A stretch of DNA of 63,988 nucleotides, the filler included, from Sandaracinaceae bacterium (GTDB lineage Bacteria > Myxococcota_A > Polyangia > Polyangiales > JADJQN01): NCBI GenBank assembly GCA_947483975.1. It is 9 parts of 9 records of this genome, joined end to end, with 100 filler letters (N's around TTAATTAATTAA, not from the genome) between each part and the next. Parts side by side here need not be neighbours in the genome. Positions count along the whole stretch, not along the records: positions 29,983 to 37,280 come from CANKOL010000272.1; positions 37,381 to 44,625 come from CANKOL010000273.1; 7 more parts are not named here. The stretch is one strand, 5' to 3'. Position 1 is the first letter of the stretch. Each line of letters starts with the position of its first letter. The position numbers and the translations under genes were made by a program. The notes under the pieces are model-generated. The model was given only the letters and a program-made list of their open reading frames with translations. It ran no database searches and had not been told where the DNA came from. Below are positions 30,350-39,134 of this stretch, piece after piece.

Positions 30350-31348
30350 ATGGACTACAACCGCGTGGCGGTGTTCGTGCACGTCGTGCGCTCGGGCAGC
30401 TTCACGGGCGCCGCCGCGACGCTCGGGCTACCGAAGTCGTCCGTCAGCCGCAGCGTCGCGCAGCTCGAGGACGACCTCGGCGTGCGGCTGCTGCACCGCA
30501 CGACGCGGCAGCTCGCGCTGACGGAGGTCGGGCACGCGTACTTCGACAGCGTCAGCGCGTCGGTGACGACGATCGCCGAGGCCGACGCCTCCGCGCGCGA
30601 GCACGGCACGGCGCCGCGCGGCACCGTGCGCCTGACCGCGCCGCCCGACTTCCCCGGCCTCCCCGCGACGCTCGCGGCGTTCAAGAAGAAGTACGCCGGC
30701 ATCCGCGTCGAGGTGCTGATGACGTCGCGCTACGTCGACCTCGTCGCCGAGGGCGTCGACCTCGCCATCCGCGCGGGGCGCCTCGAGGACTCGTCGCTCG
30801 TCGCGCGACGCGTCGGCACTGCGGCGATGGGGCTCGTGGCCTCACCCGCCTACCTGCGCGCGCATGGCCGCCCCCGGCACCTCGACGACCTCGCCGAGCA
30901 CGAGTGGGTCCTCTACCGCGCGAGCGGCGGTCGCGCCTCGCTGCACCTGAGCGGTCCGGACGGCGAGCACGTGGTCGAGGTCGCGGGGTCGCTCGTCGCC
31001 GACGATATGTCGTTCTGCCGAAACGCCGTCGAGGCTGGCGCCGGCATCGGGCTGCTGCCGCTGCAAGGCCTCGAGCCTTCCCTCGCGGCCAAGCGCCTCG
31101 AGACCGTGCTCCCTGCCTGGACGAGCCGGGGCGCGTCGCTGCACATCGTCCTCCCGACCGCGCAGTACGTCCCGTCGCGCGTCGCGCTCTTGCGGGACTA
31201 TCTCGTCGCCGCGCTGAGCAAACAGCTCTCGGAGGCCGAGCAACGCTGCGTCGCCGTCCGCGCTGAGGAGGAAGGCGACGCCCGCGAAGCGCTCGAGCGA
31301 GCGCCGCTCAAGCCTGCTGCGAAAACTCGACGTCGAGCTCGAGCTTGA
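30350..31348 (+). CDS. LysR-family regulator (CrgA/DmlR-like)
   Basis: SFTGAAATLG.PKSSVSR..LEDDLGVRLLHRTTR; DLVAEGVDLAIR. Confidence 0.95.
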   Translation: MDYNRVAVFVHVVRSGSFTGAAATLGLPKSSVSRSVAQLEDDLGVRLLHRTTRQLALTEVGHAYFDSVSASVTTIAEADASAREHGTAPRGTVRLTAPPDFPGLPATLAAFKKKYAGIRVEVLMTSRYVDLVAEGVDLAIRAGRLEDSSLVARRVGTAAMGLVASPAYLRAHGRPRHLDDLAEHEWVLYRASGGRASLHLSGPDGEHVVEVAGSLVADDMSFCRNAVEAGAGIGLLPLQGLEPSLAAKRLETVLPAWTSRGASLHIVLPTAQYVPSRVALLRDYLVAALSKQLSEAEQRCVAVRAEEEGDAREALERAPLKPAAKTRRRARA

Positions 31349-31835
31349 CCTTCTCGCCGACCGCGACGCCGCCCGTGTCGAGGATGGCGTTGAAGCTGAC
31401 GCCGAAGTCCTTGCGGTTGATCGTGCCGCGCGCGCTGAAGCCGCTGACCATCTGCCCGTAGGGGTTCTTCGCGACGCCGTTGTACTCGACCTCGAGCTTC
31501 ACCGACTGCGTGACGCCGCGGATCGTCAGGTCACCGACGACCTCGTACGTGCCCTCGCCCGCGGCGCTGATGCTCGTGCTCTGAAAGGTGATCTTCGGGT
31601 GATTCGGCGCGTCGAAGAAGTCGTTGTTGCGGAGGTGCGCGTCGCGGTCCGCGTTGCCCGTCTCGATGCTCGCGACGTCGATCTCGCCCGCGAAGGACGA
31701 GCGCGTGAAGTCCTGCGGGTCGAGGGCGACCGTCGTCGCGCGATAGCTCTTGAACTGCCCGCGGACGGTGCTGACCATCGCGTGCTTGACGCTGAACCCG
31801 ATGTGACTGTGAACGCTGTCGGTGACCCAGGACAT
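31308..31835 (-). CDS. YceI-family lipid/polyisoprenoid-binding protein
   Basis: HSHIGFSVKH, RDAHLR..DFFD, GDLTIRG, NRKDFG. Confidence 0.93.
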   Translation of the reverse strand: MSWVTDSVHSHIGFSVKHAMVSTVRGQFKSYRATTVALDPQDFTRSSFAGEIDVASIETGNADRDAHLRNNDFFDAPNHPKITFQSTSISAAGEGTYEVVGDLTIRGVTQSVKLEVEYNGVAKNPYGQMVSGFSARGTINRKDFGVSFNAILDTGGVAVGEKVKLELDVEFSQQA

Positions 31836-31939
31836 GATGCTCTCCTCTCGAGGCGCCGACGGACTGCCCGCCGACGTCGCTCGCTGTGGTCGGCAGCATC
31901 GTGCGCGCGACCCGCCGCGACTAGACCGGCAGGCGCGAA

Positions 31940-31968
31940 CGCACTGTTGCGAATTGCGCAACGGTGCG
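31940..31968. promoter_or_regulatory. Inverted repeat containing T-N11-A (putative LysR site) upstream of yceI
   Basis: cgcactgttgcg-aattg-cgcaacggtgcg, arms match 11/12. Confidence 0.5.
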
Positions 31969-31994
31969 CGTGCGGCGCCCACGCGCGAGCGCCG

Positions 31995-33269
31995 CTACCT
32001 CTTCGGCTTCGCCGGGCGCGGCGGCGTCGGCGTCAGCGGCGAACGCCCGCTCGGCGGGAGCGACGAGCGGCCGGCGCTCGGTGGAACGGAAGCGCGCGGA
32101 GCCGGCGGCAGGATCGACGAGCGCGGAGCCGTCGGAGGGAGCGACGAGCGCTGCCCGCTCGGGGCGCTCGGGCGTGGGCTCGTGCGCCCCGGCTCGCGAC
32201 GCGCCGGGGCCGCGGCGCCGAGCTTGAGGCGGCGCATGACGGCGTCCTTCTGCCGGTCTTTGTAGGCCGAATGGCTCGCCTCGCCGAGCTCGTTGCCTTG
32301 CTCCGTCTCGCGGTCGATCACCTGGAACTCCGTCTGCGCGAACACGACCGGACCGAGCGCCCAGGCGGCGGGCGGCGCCTCGGCGAGCAGCTCCCGCGAG
32401 ACGCGCAGCGGCATGTCGACGACGAAGTGCGTGACGCGGTAGCTCGACGCGGTGAAGCGGTTGTCGAGCTTGCTGAGCAGGTCCTCCGCCTCGAGCGGCA
32501 TCTGCACGTCCGGCAGCAACGTGCGCAGCCGCGGGTTCGCGTCGCAGTACGAGCGAAAGTGCAGGAGCGTGTTCGTGGACTGCCCGGGGATCACGTAATT
32601 AAAAGGGAAGATGTGCCGCGTGAGGTAGTTGAGCGTCGGGAAGATGTCGTCCGGCGAGCGCGTGACGATGCGAAAGCGGACCTTGTCGTAGATCTGCGCC
32701 GCCAACACTTCCTGCTTCGAGAGCAGCTTCGTGTAGAGGCTGTCCTTGTTCTTCCGGCCGCCGATGAACTCGAGGATCGGGAAGCCCCGCGCCAGCATCC
32801 CGCCGATCACGCGATAGACCTTCTCCTCGACGAGGTGAAAGATCTGCTGGTCGGACACGGGCAGCATGAACAGCAGCTCGCGCGCCTCGAGGTGATGGAT
32901 GATGTGCATCAGCTTGAGGATCGTGCAGGCGCAGAGCTGCCGATGGCCCTTGCCGCTCGCGAGCATCAAGAGGCCGACGAGGTCGAGCTGAGCGACGGGC
33001 TTCGGGATCGGGAAGTCGAAGTTGCGCCGCAGGTAGCTGATGGCGGAGTTCTTCACCGCCTCGATGCGCGCCATGTCGGCGGGGTCGTCGAGGTGGAACT
33101 CCTGCGCGGCGACCGCCTCGCGCGCCTCGGCCTCGGTGGCGAAGTTCAGGCGATGCCAGTCGATGACGGAGCCGCCGCGGAGCAGCATCTGCACGGCCTC
33201 GAGGTCCGCCAGCGAGAACTCCTCGATCGGGCGGAAGTCGTTGACCGGGTCGCCATCGCCGAGAGACAT
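31995..33269 (-). CDS. TIGR04552-like protein with RelA/SpoT synthetase-like nucleotidyltransferase motifs
   Basis: GGSVIDW N-terminus; GRKNKDSLYTKLL, IYDKVRFRIV, YRVTHFVV, EFQV, ASHSAYK. Confidence 0.8.
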   Translation of the reverse strand: MSLGDGDPVNDFRPIEEFSLADLEAVQMLLRGGSVIDWHRLNFATEAEAREAVAAQEFHLDDPADMARIEAVKNSAISYLRRNFDFPIPKPVAQLDLVGLLMLASGKGHRQLCACTILKLMHIIHHLEARELLFMLPVSDQQIFHLVEEKVYRVIGGMLARGFPILEFIGGRKNKDSLYTKLLSKQEVLAAQIYDKVRFRIVTRSPDDIFPTLNYLTRHIFPFNYVIPGQSTNTLLHFRSYCDANPRLRTLLPDVQMPLEAEDLLSKLDNRFTASSYRVTHFVVDMPLRVSRELLAEAPPAAWALGPVVFAQTEFQVIDRETEQGNELGEASHSAYKDRQKDAVMRRLKLGAAAPARREPGRTSPRPSAPSGQRSSLPPTAPRSSILPPAPRASVPPSAGRSSLPPSGRSPLTPTPPRPAKPKR

Positions 33270-33359
33270 GCAGCGGCGATGATAGTCGACCGCGCGCTCA
33301 CGGCGCGGGGCAAAACACGCTGGACTGCAAAAGGGTGCGACCGAGCGGGCGAGAGAGGG

Positions 33360-33539
33360 CTAGCTGGTCTTGCTGCTGCTCGCGCTGTTGCGCGCGTCCG
33401 TGCTGCGACCGAGCGAGAGCGTCCCGAAGAAGATGCCGACGGTCATGCCGAGCACGACGATGTTCCCGACGAACGCGCCATTACAGCCCGCGAGCGCGAG
33501 CGGTGCGAACAGGAGCGTGAGAGTCGTGGTGCGCGTCAT
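33360..33539 (-). CDS. Small 59-aa putative lipoprotein/membrane peptide (missed by the ORF track)
   Basis: MTRTTTLTLLFAPLALAGCNGAFVGNIVVLGMTVGIFFGTLSLGRSTDARNSASSSKTS; GGAG upstream; LAGC lipobox; GC3-rich codons. Confidence 0.7.
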   Translation of the reverse strand: MTRTTTLTLLFAPLALAGCNGAFVGNIVVLGMTVGIFFGTLSLGRSTDARNSASSSKTS

Positions 33540-33720
33540 GTCGATCTCCGTCGGTGCAGGGTGATGTGCGATAGCATCGTACAGTCCCTGAACGCGGTCC
33601 AGTTTGTATCAAACGGGTGAACGAGGCGCCAGCGGGATCGACCGAGGGGGCAGCCGGGCAGCCCCGCCGGAAAGTAGGGCGTCCCGGCGATCACGACGGC
33701 GCCGAGTGGCGTGTGGGCGC

Positions 33721-36700
33721 TCAGAGCCCGACGACGGCCGTCGGGACGAGCTTGTCGACGAGGGTGCCGTCGCCGAGCGCGCCGGTGGGGTTGTAGCCCC
33801 AGCAGGCGACGGCGCCGGTGCTGCGGCGGACACAGGAGTGGTAGGTGCCGTCCGAGATCTCCGCGGCGTTCGCGACCCCGGAGACCAGGGTGGCGGTCAG
33901 GCGGTCCGTGCCGACGGTGCCGTCGCCGATCTCGCCGTATTGACCGTCTCCCCAGCAGAGGACGTTCTGCTCTCCGACGTTGACCGTGGCGCGCGCGCAG
34001 GCGTGCGCCCATCCGGTGGAAAGCTCAGTGCCTGAGATCGGCATCAGGGTCGTCGCGCTCAGCACCGCCGTCGGCACGAGCTTCTGGACGATCGTGTTGT
34101 CACCGAGCTGACCGCTCGAGTTGTTCCCCCAGCAGAGGATGGCGCCGGTGCTGCGGCGCAGGCAGGTGAATTGGCCGCCCGCGGAGATCTCGGCGGCGTT
34201 CGTGATGCCGCCCGAGATGGCGACGGGTACGAGGCTCCCCATCGTCGAGCCGTTGCCGAGCTGACCCGAGGTGTTGGCGCCCCAGCACGACACGGTCCCC
34301 GCGCTGCGGCGCGCGCAGGCGTGGTAGGTGCCTGCCGAGATCTCGACCGCGTCGATGAGCCCCGACACGGCGGTGGGCACGAGCTTCTGCACCATGGTGC
34401 CGTCGCCGAGCTGACCGCCGGCGTTGAGCCCCCAGCAAACGACCGTCCCGCCGACACGACGCGCGCAGGTGAAGCTGGTGCCTGCGGTGATTTCGACCGC
34501 GTCGGTGAGGCCCGACACGGTGGTCGGGACGAGCCTCTGGGTCGTCGTGCCGTCGCCGAGCTGACCGTTGGTGTTGAGCCCCCAGCAGACGACCGTCCCG
34601 CCGGCGCGGCGCGCGCAGGTGTGGTTCGCACCGGCGGAGAGCTCCACCGCGTCCGTCAGCCCGGGCACCACGGTCGGCGTCAGGCGGTTGCCTCCCGTCG
34701 TGCCGTCGCCGATCTGACCGTTGGTGTTGGCCCCCCAGCAGACGACCGGGGAGGAGCCACTCGCGCGGCGCGCGCACGTGTGGAAGGTTCCGGCGGCGAT
34801 CTCGACGGCGGTCGTGCACGTCGACGCGCCATCGCAGGTGACGGCCCCGAGCACGCCGTCGACGCACGCCGTCCCCGCCGCGAGGTAGCCGTCGGCCGGG
34901 CAGCTGACCGCGCTGCCCGTGCAGACCTCCGTCGCGTCGCAGACGCCGCCCGGCGCGCGGCAGGGCGTCGGACGCTCCGGGCCGATGTTGACGCGGTACG
35001 CGCCGCTGTAAGCGACGTAGCCATCGACGACGACGTAGTACGTCCCCGCGGTCAACACGGCCGCGAGTTTCGACGTCATCGGGCCGCCCCCCGCGTCGTC
35101 GTTGCAGGCGATCTCGACGAACGAGGAGCTCTTCAGCGCGAGGCTGGTGTCGAACGCGCTCCCGAGGGTATCGATAACGATCGAGGTCGTCGCCGAGAGG
35201 GTGAACGAGAAGACGGCGTCGCCGGCCGCTCCCGCGTTGCAGGAACCCGAGTAGTCGCTGGCCATGCCAGTCGTGTTGCCCGTGAACGACTTGACGACCG
35301 TGGTGACGTCGCCTGCCGCGTAAGCGCTCGCGTAGACCTCGTTCCCAGACACCGCGGTCGTCGCGAGCGGCTGGGGGACGCCCGCGAGCACGAAGCCGTC
35401 GCCCGGACAGGTCGCGCTCGCGCCCGTACAGGTCTCGGCGACGTCGCAAACACCGGCAGAGATTCGACACGACGTGCCCGAGCCCGCGAACGTGTCGACT
35501 GGGCAGCCGGCGGAGCTACCGCTGCACAACTCGGGCACATCGCAGACGCCCGCGGTCGCGCGGCAGCTGACCATGGCGCCCTGGAAGGTGTCGACCGGAC
35601 ACTGCGGCCCGCCCGCGCAGGTCTCAGGAACGTCGCAGACGCCGGCGACGACGCGGCAGGACGTGCCGACGGGCGAGTAGGCGTCCGCGGGGCACAGGGC
35701 GGACGCACCGCCGCAGACCTCGCTGACGTCGCAGGCGCCCGCCGAGGGATTGCAGACCGTCCCCGCCGCCACGAACTGGTTGGTCGGTGGGCAAGCCGCC
35801 GCGCTCCCCGTGCAGGTCTCCGCGACGTCACAGGGCCCGGCCGTCGGGTTGCAGATGGTCACCGCCGACGAAAAGGAGTCCGCCGGGCAGGTGGGCGCGC
35901 TTCCCGTGCAGGTCTCGGCGACGTCGCAGGTGCCGGCCGCCCCGCGGCATACCGTTCCTGCGCTCGTGAACGAGTTGGCCGGACACATCGTGCTCGCGCC
36001 GGTGCAGGTCTCGGCGACGTCACAGCCTCCCGCGAGGGCCGCGCGGCACACGGTGCCGGCGGTCGCCAGGGCATCCGCCGGGCACGCGGTGGACGAGCCG
36101 TCGCAGACCTCGTGGACGTCGCAGCCGCCGGGCGCCACGGCGCGGCACTCCGTGCTCGCGCTGAGCACCGCGTCCGCAGGGCAGAGCGCTGCGGAGCCGG
36201 TGCAGCGATCGGCGACGTCGCAGAGCCCCGCGCTCGCGCGGCAGACGGACGAGTTCGGCAGGAACGCGTCGGCGGGGCACGGCGCGGTCGAGCCGGTGCA
36301 GTTCTCCGCGACGTCGCAGGCGCCTGCGGAGGCGCGACACACGGTGCTCGCGGACTTGAAGGCGCCAGTCGCCACGCAGACCGGCGAACCGCTCGCACAG
36401 CTGATCGAGCCGACCGCGCAGAAGCCGGTGGACGGGGTGCACGGGACGCCGGGGGTGCAGCTCGCGCTGCACATCCCCATGCCCGTGCAGGAGCCCCCGC
36501 TGCACGCGGTACCGATCGACGCGAACACGTCGGCGGGGCACGTCGCCGTTCCGGCGCACGTCTCGGCGACGTCGCAGCCGCCGGCGACGGCCGGGCGGCA
36601 GACGCTCGCCGCGGTCGCGAACGCGTCGACCGGGCAGCTGACGCTCGCGCCGCTGCAGGTCTCGGCGACGTCGCAGACGCCCGCGCCCGCGCGGCAGACG

Positions 36701-37278
36701 GTCGCCGCCGACGCGTAGGAGTCGGCGGGGCAGGTCGTCGCGGAGCCGCTACAGGTCTCGGCGACGTCGCACACTCCAGCGGTCGCTCGGCACACGGTCG
36801 CGGCCGACGCGAAGGCGTCAGCGGCGCAGGCTGCGCTCGAGCCGGAGCAGGTCTCCGCTACGTCGCACGGGCCGACCGCCGTGCGGCAGGAGACGCCGGC
36901 GGCCTTGAGGGTGTCGCTCGGGCAGGTGGCTGTACCGTTGCACACCTCGGCGGTGTCGCAGCCTCCGGCCGCCGCGCGACACACAGTGCCGACCGCTGCG
37001 TAGGTGTTCGCAGGGCAGGCGCCGGAGCCACCGCTGCAGACCTCGACGGCGTCGCACGCCGACGCGATCGCGCGGCAGACGGTGCCGACGGGCGCGTAGC
37101 CGTCGACTGGGCAAGTCGCGCCCGAGCCCGAGCAGAAGTCTGCGACGTCACAGTCAGCGCCAGCCGCCGCCGCTCGACAGACCGTGGAGTTGGGCGCGAA
37201 GGCGTCCGGCGGGCACGCGGCGCCCGCGCCGCTGCACGTCTCGGCGGCGTCGCAGCCGCCCGCTGCGGCCGCGCGACA
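33721..37278 (-). CDS. Large Cys-rich protein with disintegrin-like repeats, a PPC domain and a C-terminal RCC1-like propeller; 5' partial
   Basis: At least 19 CRxxxGxCDxxExCxGxxxxCPxD repeats (frame open to the contig end); ACNDD...GTYYVVVDG; CWGxNxxGQLGDG repeats. Confidence 0.85.
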   Translation of the reverse strand, partial: CRAAAAGGCDAAETCSGAGAACPPDAFAPNSTVCRAAAAGADCDVADFCSGSGATCPVDGYAPVGTVCRAIASACDAVEVCSGGSGACPANTYAAVGTVCRAAAGGCDTAEVCNGTATCPSDTLKAAGVSCRTAVGPCDVAETCSGSSAACAADAFASAATVCRATAGVCDVAETCSGSATTCPADSYASAATVCRAGAGVCDVAETCSGASVSCPVDAFATAASVCRPAVAGGCDVAETCAGTATCPADVFASIGTACSGGSCTGMGMCSASCTPGVPCTPSTGFCAVGSISCASGSPVCVATGAFKSASTVCRASAGACDVAENCTGSTAPCPADAFLPNSSVCRASAGLCDVADRCTGSAALCPADAVLSASTECRAVAPGGCDVHEVCDGSSTACPADALATAGTVCRAALAGGCDVAETCTGASTMCPANSFTSAGTVCRGAAGTCDVAETCTGSAPTCPADSFSSAVTICNPTAGPCDVAETCTGSAAACPPTNQFVAAGTVCNPSAGACDVSEVCGGASALCPADAYSPVGTSCRVVAGVCDVPETCAGGPQCPVDTFQGAMVSCRATAGVCDVPELCSGSSAGCPVDTFAGSGTSCRISAGVCDVAETCTGASATCPGDGFVLAGVPQPLATTAVSGNEVYASAYAAGDVTTVVKSFTGNTTGMASDYSGSCNAGAAGDAVFSFTLSATTSIVIDTLGSAFDTSLALKSSSFVEIACNDDAGGGPMTSKLAAVLTAGTYYVVVDGYVAYSGAYRVNIGPERPTPCRAPGGVCDATEVCTGSAVSCPADGYLAAGTACVDGVLGAVTCDGASTCTTAVEIAAGTFHTCARRASGSSPVVCWGANTNGQIGDGTTGGNRLTPTVVPGLTDAVELSAGANHTCARRAGGTVVCWGLNTNGQLGDGTTTQRLVPTTVSGLTDAVEITAGTSFTCARRVGGTVVCWGLNAGGQLGDGTMVQKLVPTAVSGLIDAVEISAGTYHACARRSAGTVSCWGANTSGQLGNGSTMGSLVPVAISGGITNAAEISAGGQFTCLRRSTGAILCWGNNSSGQLGDNTIVQKLVPTAVLSATTLMPISGTELSTGWAHACARATVNVGEQNVLCWGDGQYGEIGDGTVGTDRLTATLVSGVANAAEISDGTYHSCVRRSTGAVACWGYNPTGALGDGTLVDKLVPTAVVGL

Positions 37279-37280
37279 CG

Positions 37281-37380
37281 NNNNNNNNNNNNNNNNNNNN
37301 NNNNNNNNNNNNNNNNNNNNNNNNTTAATTAATTAANNNNNNNNNNNNNNNNNNNNNNNNNNNNNNNNNNNNNNNNNNNN
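37281..37380. other. Artificial contig linker
   Basis: N-run with TTAATTAATTAA. Confidence 0.99.
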
Positions 37381-39134
37381 ACGCGCAGGCGCGGCGCCGG
37401 CTTGCGCAGAGGCGCGCCCTCCACGACGGGCAGGTAGACGCGGAACACGCTCCCGCGCCCGGGCTCGCTCTCGACGCTGATCGCGCCGTCGTGCGCGCGC
37501 ACGATGCCGAGCGCGACGGGCAGCCCGAGGCCGCGCCCGACGAACTTGGTCGAGAAGAACGGATCGAAGAGGCGCTCGAGGTCCCGGGCGGCGATGCCGG
37601 CGCCGGAGTCCGCGACCTCGAGACAGGCGTACCGCTCGGCGCGCGGGCGCCAGTCCAACGGGACGCGATTGGCGCTGTGCAGGTCGTCGGCCGGGACGGT
37701 GTATAGGCTGACGCGGACCGGACCGCGCCCGTCGGCGCTCGCCTCAGCGGCGTTGCTGACGAGGCTGCCGAGGACGCGCTGAAGCTGCGGCGAGTTGCCG
37801 CGCACCCCGACGTCCAGCTCGAGCGCGCCCAGCTCCACCGAGACGCCCGCGGGGGCGCCGGCGCGGAGCGCGGGCTGCTGCTCCGAGCAGAGCTCCGAGA
37901 GATCGAGGACCTCGCGCGCGCCCTGGCTGTGCCCGATGTAGGCGAGCATCTGCGTGCTCACCTCCGCCGCGCGGCGGGCCGCCTGCCACGCCTCGGTCAG
38001 GACGTCGACGGTGCCGCTCTCCCGCGGGAGCTCGTCCATCGCGATCTCGAGGCTCATCATCAGCGCGTGCAGCTGATTGTTGAAGTGATGGGCGATGGCG
38101 CTCGCCATCCGACCGAGGCTCTCGGACTTCTGCAGCGCGTGGTTCTGCGCCTCGAGCGCGAGCCGTTCCTCCTCGGCGCGCTTGCGCTCGGTGACGTCGA
38201 TCGTGTAGCCCGCGAGCAGGTGCCGCCCGCCGACGACGAGGGGGAACTTCGTGCTCGCGTACGAGCGCCCGTTGAGCACCTCATCGCGCGTCAGGGTCTG
38301 CCCGCTCGAGGCGACGAGCCAATCGTCGGCGGTCATCTGCGCGGCAAGCTCGCTCGGGAAGAGCTCCGGCATCGTCCTGCCGACCATGTCGGCGGCTCGG
38401 ATGCCGGTCAGCTCCACGAAGTTGTCGCTGACGCGCAGCACGACGCTGTCGGTCGGGGTGACCTCCTTGAGGTAGACGTAGATCGGTGAGCGCTGGATGA
38501 ACGCGGCGAGGAGCGCCTCGCGCTCTTGGAGGGCCTCGTCGGAGCGCTTGCGGTCGCTGATGTCGGTCAGCGTGCAGCGCAGGATGCGCGCGCCCTTCGC
38601 GTCCGTGCCGACGTTGGCCGCGAGCCGGACCCAAGCCTCGGAGCCGTGGCTCGGCAGGACGCGCAGCTCCGCCGCCTGCGGCTCGCGCGTCTCGACGAGG
38701 CGCTTCAACAGCCGGTAGTAGGCGCCTTGATCCTGATGGTGGATGAAGCGGCTCAGCGCCTCGCCGACGAGCGCCGGGCGGGGCACGCCGAAGAGGCTCG
38801 CCGCCGTCAGGTTCGCCCGCGTCATCAGCCCTCGTTCGCGGAGCGTGCAGTAGCCCACGGGCGCGAGCTCATAGAGCTCGAAGGCCTCGGCGTGCGCCGC
38901 CTCGAGCGCGCGCTGCGCGCTCCGGAGCTCCTCGTTTTGCAGCTCGAGCTCGACGTGATGCACCTGCACGTCGTGCAGGAGGCGCTGCGTCGCCGCGAGG
39001 GAGAGCGGAGCCGCGCTCACTGGCGCGGGCGCCCCCGCGGTGCCGTCGGCGATGAGGCTCTCGGCGCGCTCACGCAGCGGCGCGGCGGCGGCTGGCGGGT
39101 CCTCGCCCGGAGGACGCGCTTCGTCGTCGTTCAC
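37381..39134 (-). CDS. PAS-PAS sensor histidine kinase; 3' partial
   Basis: ELELQNEEL coil, two PAS domains, AHHFNN H-box, NAAEA, DSGAGI, PFFSTK, GRGLGL. GTGA overlap with the cheB-cheR gene. Confidence 0.9.
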
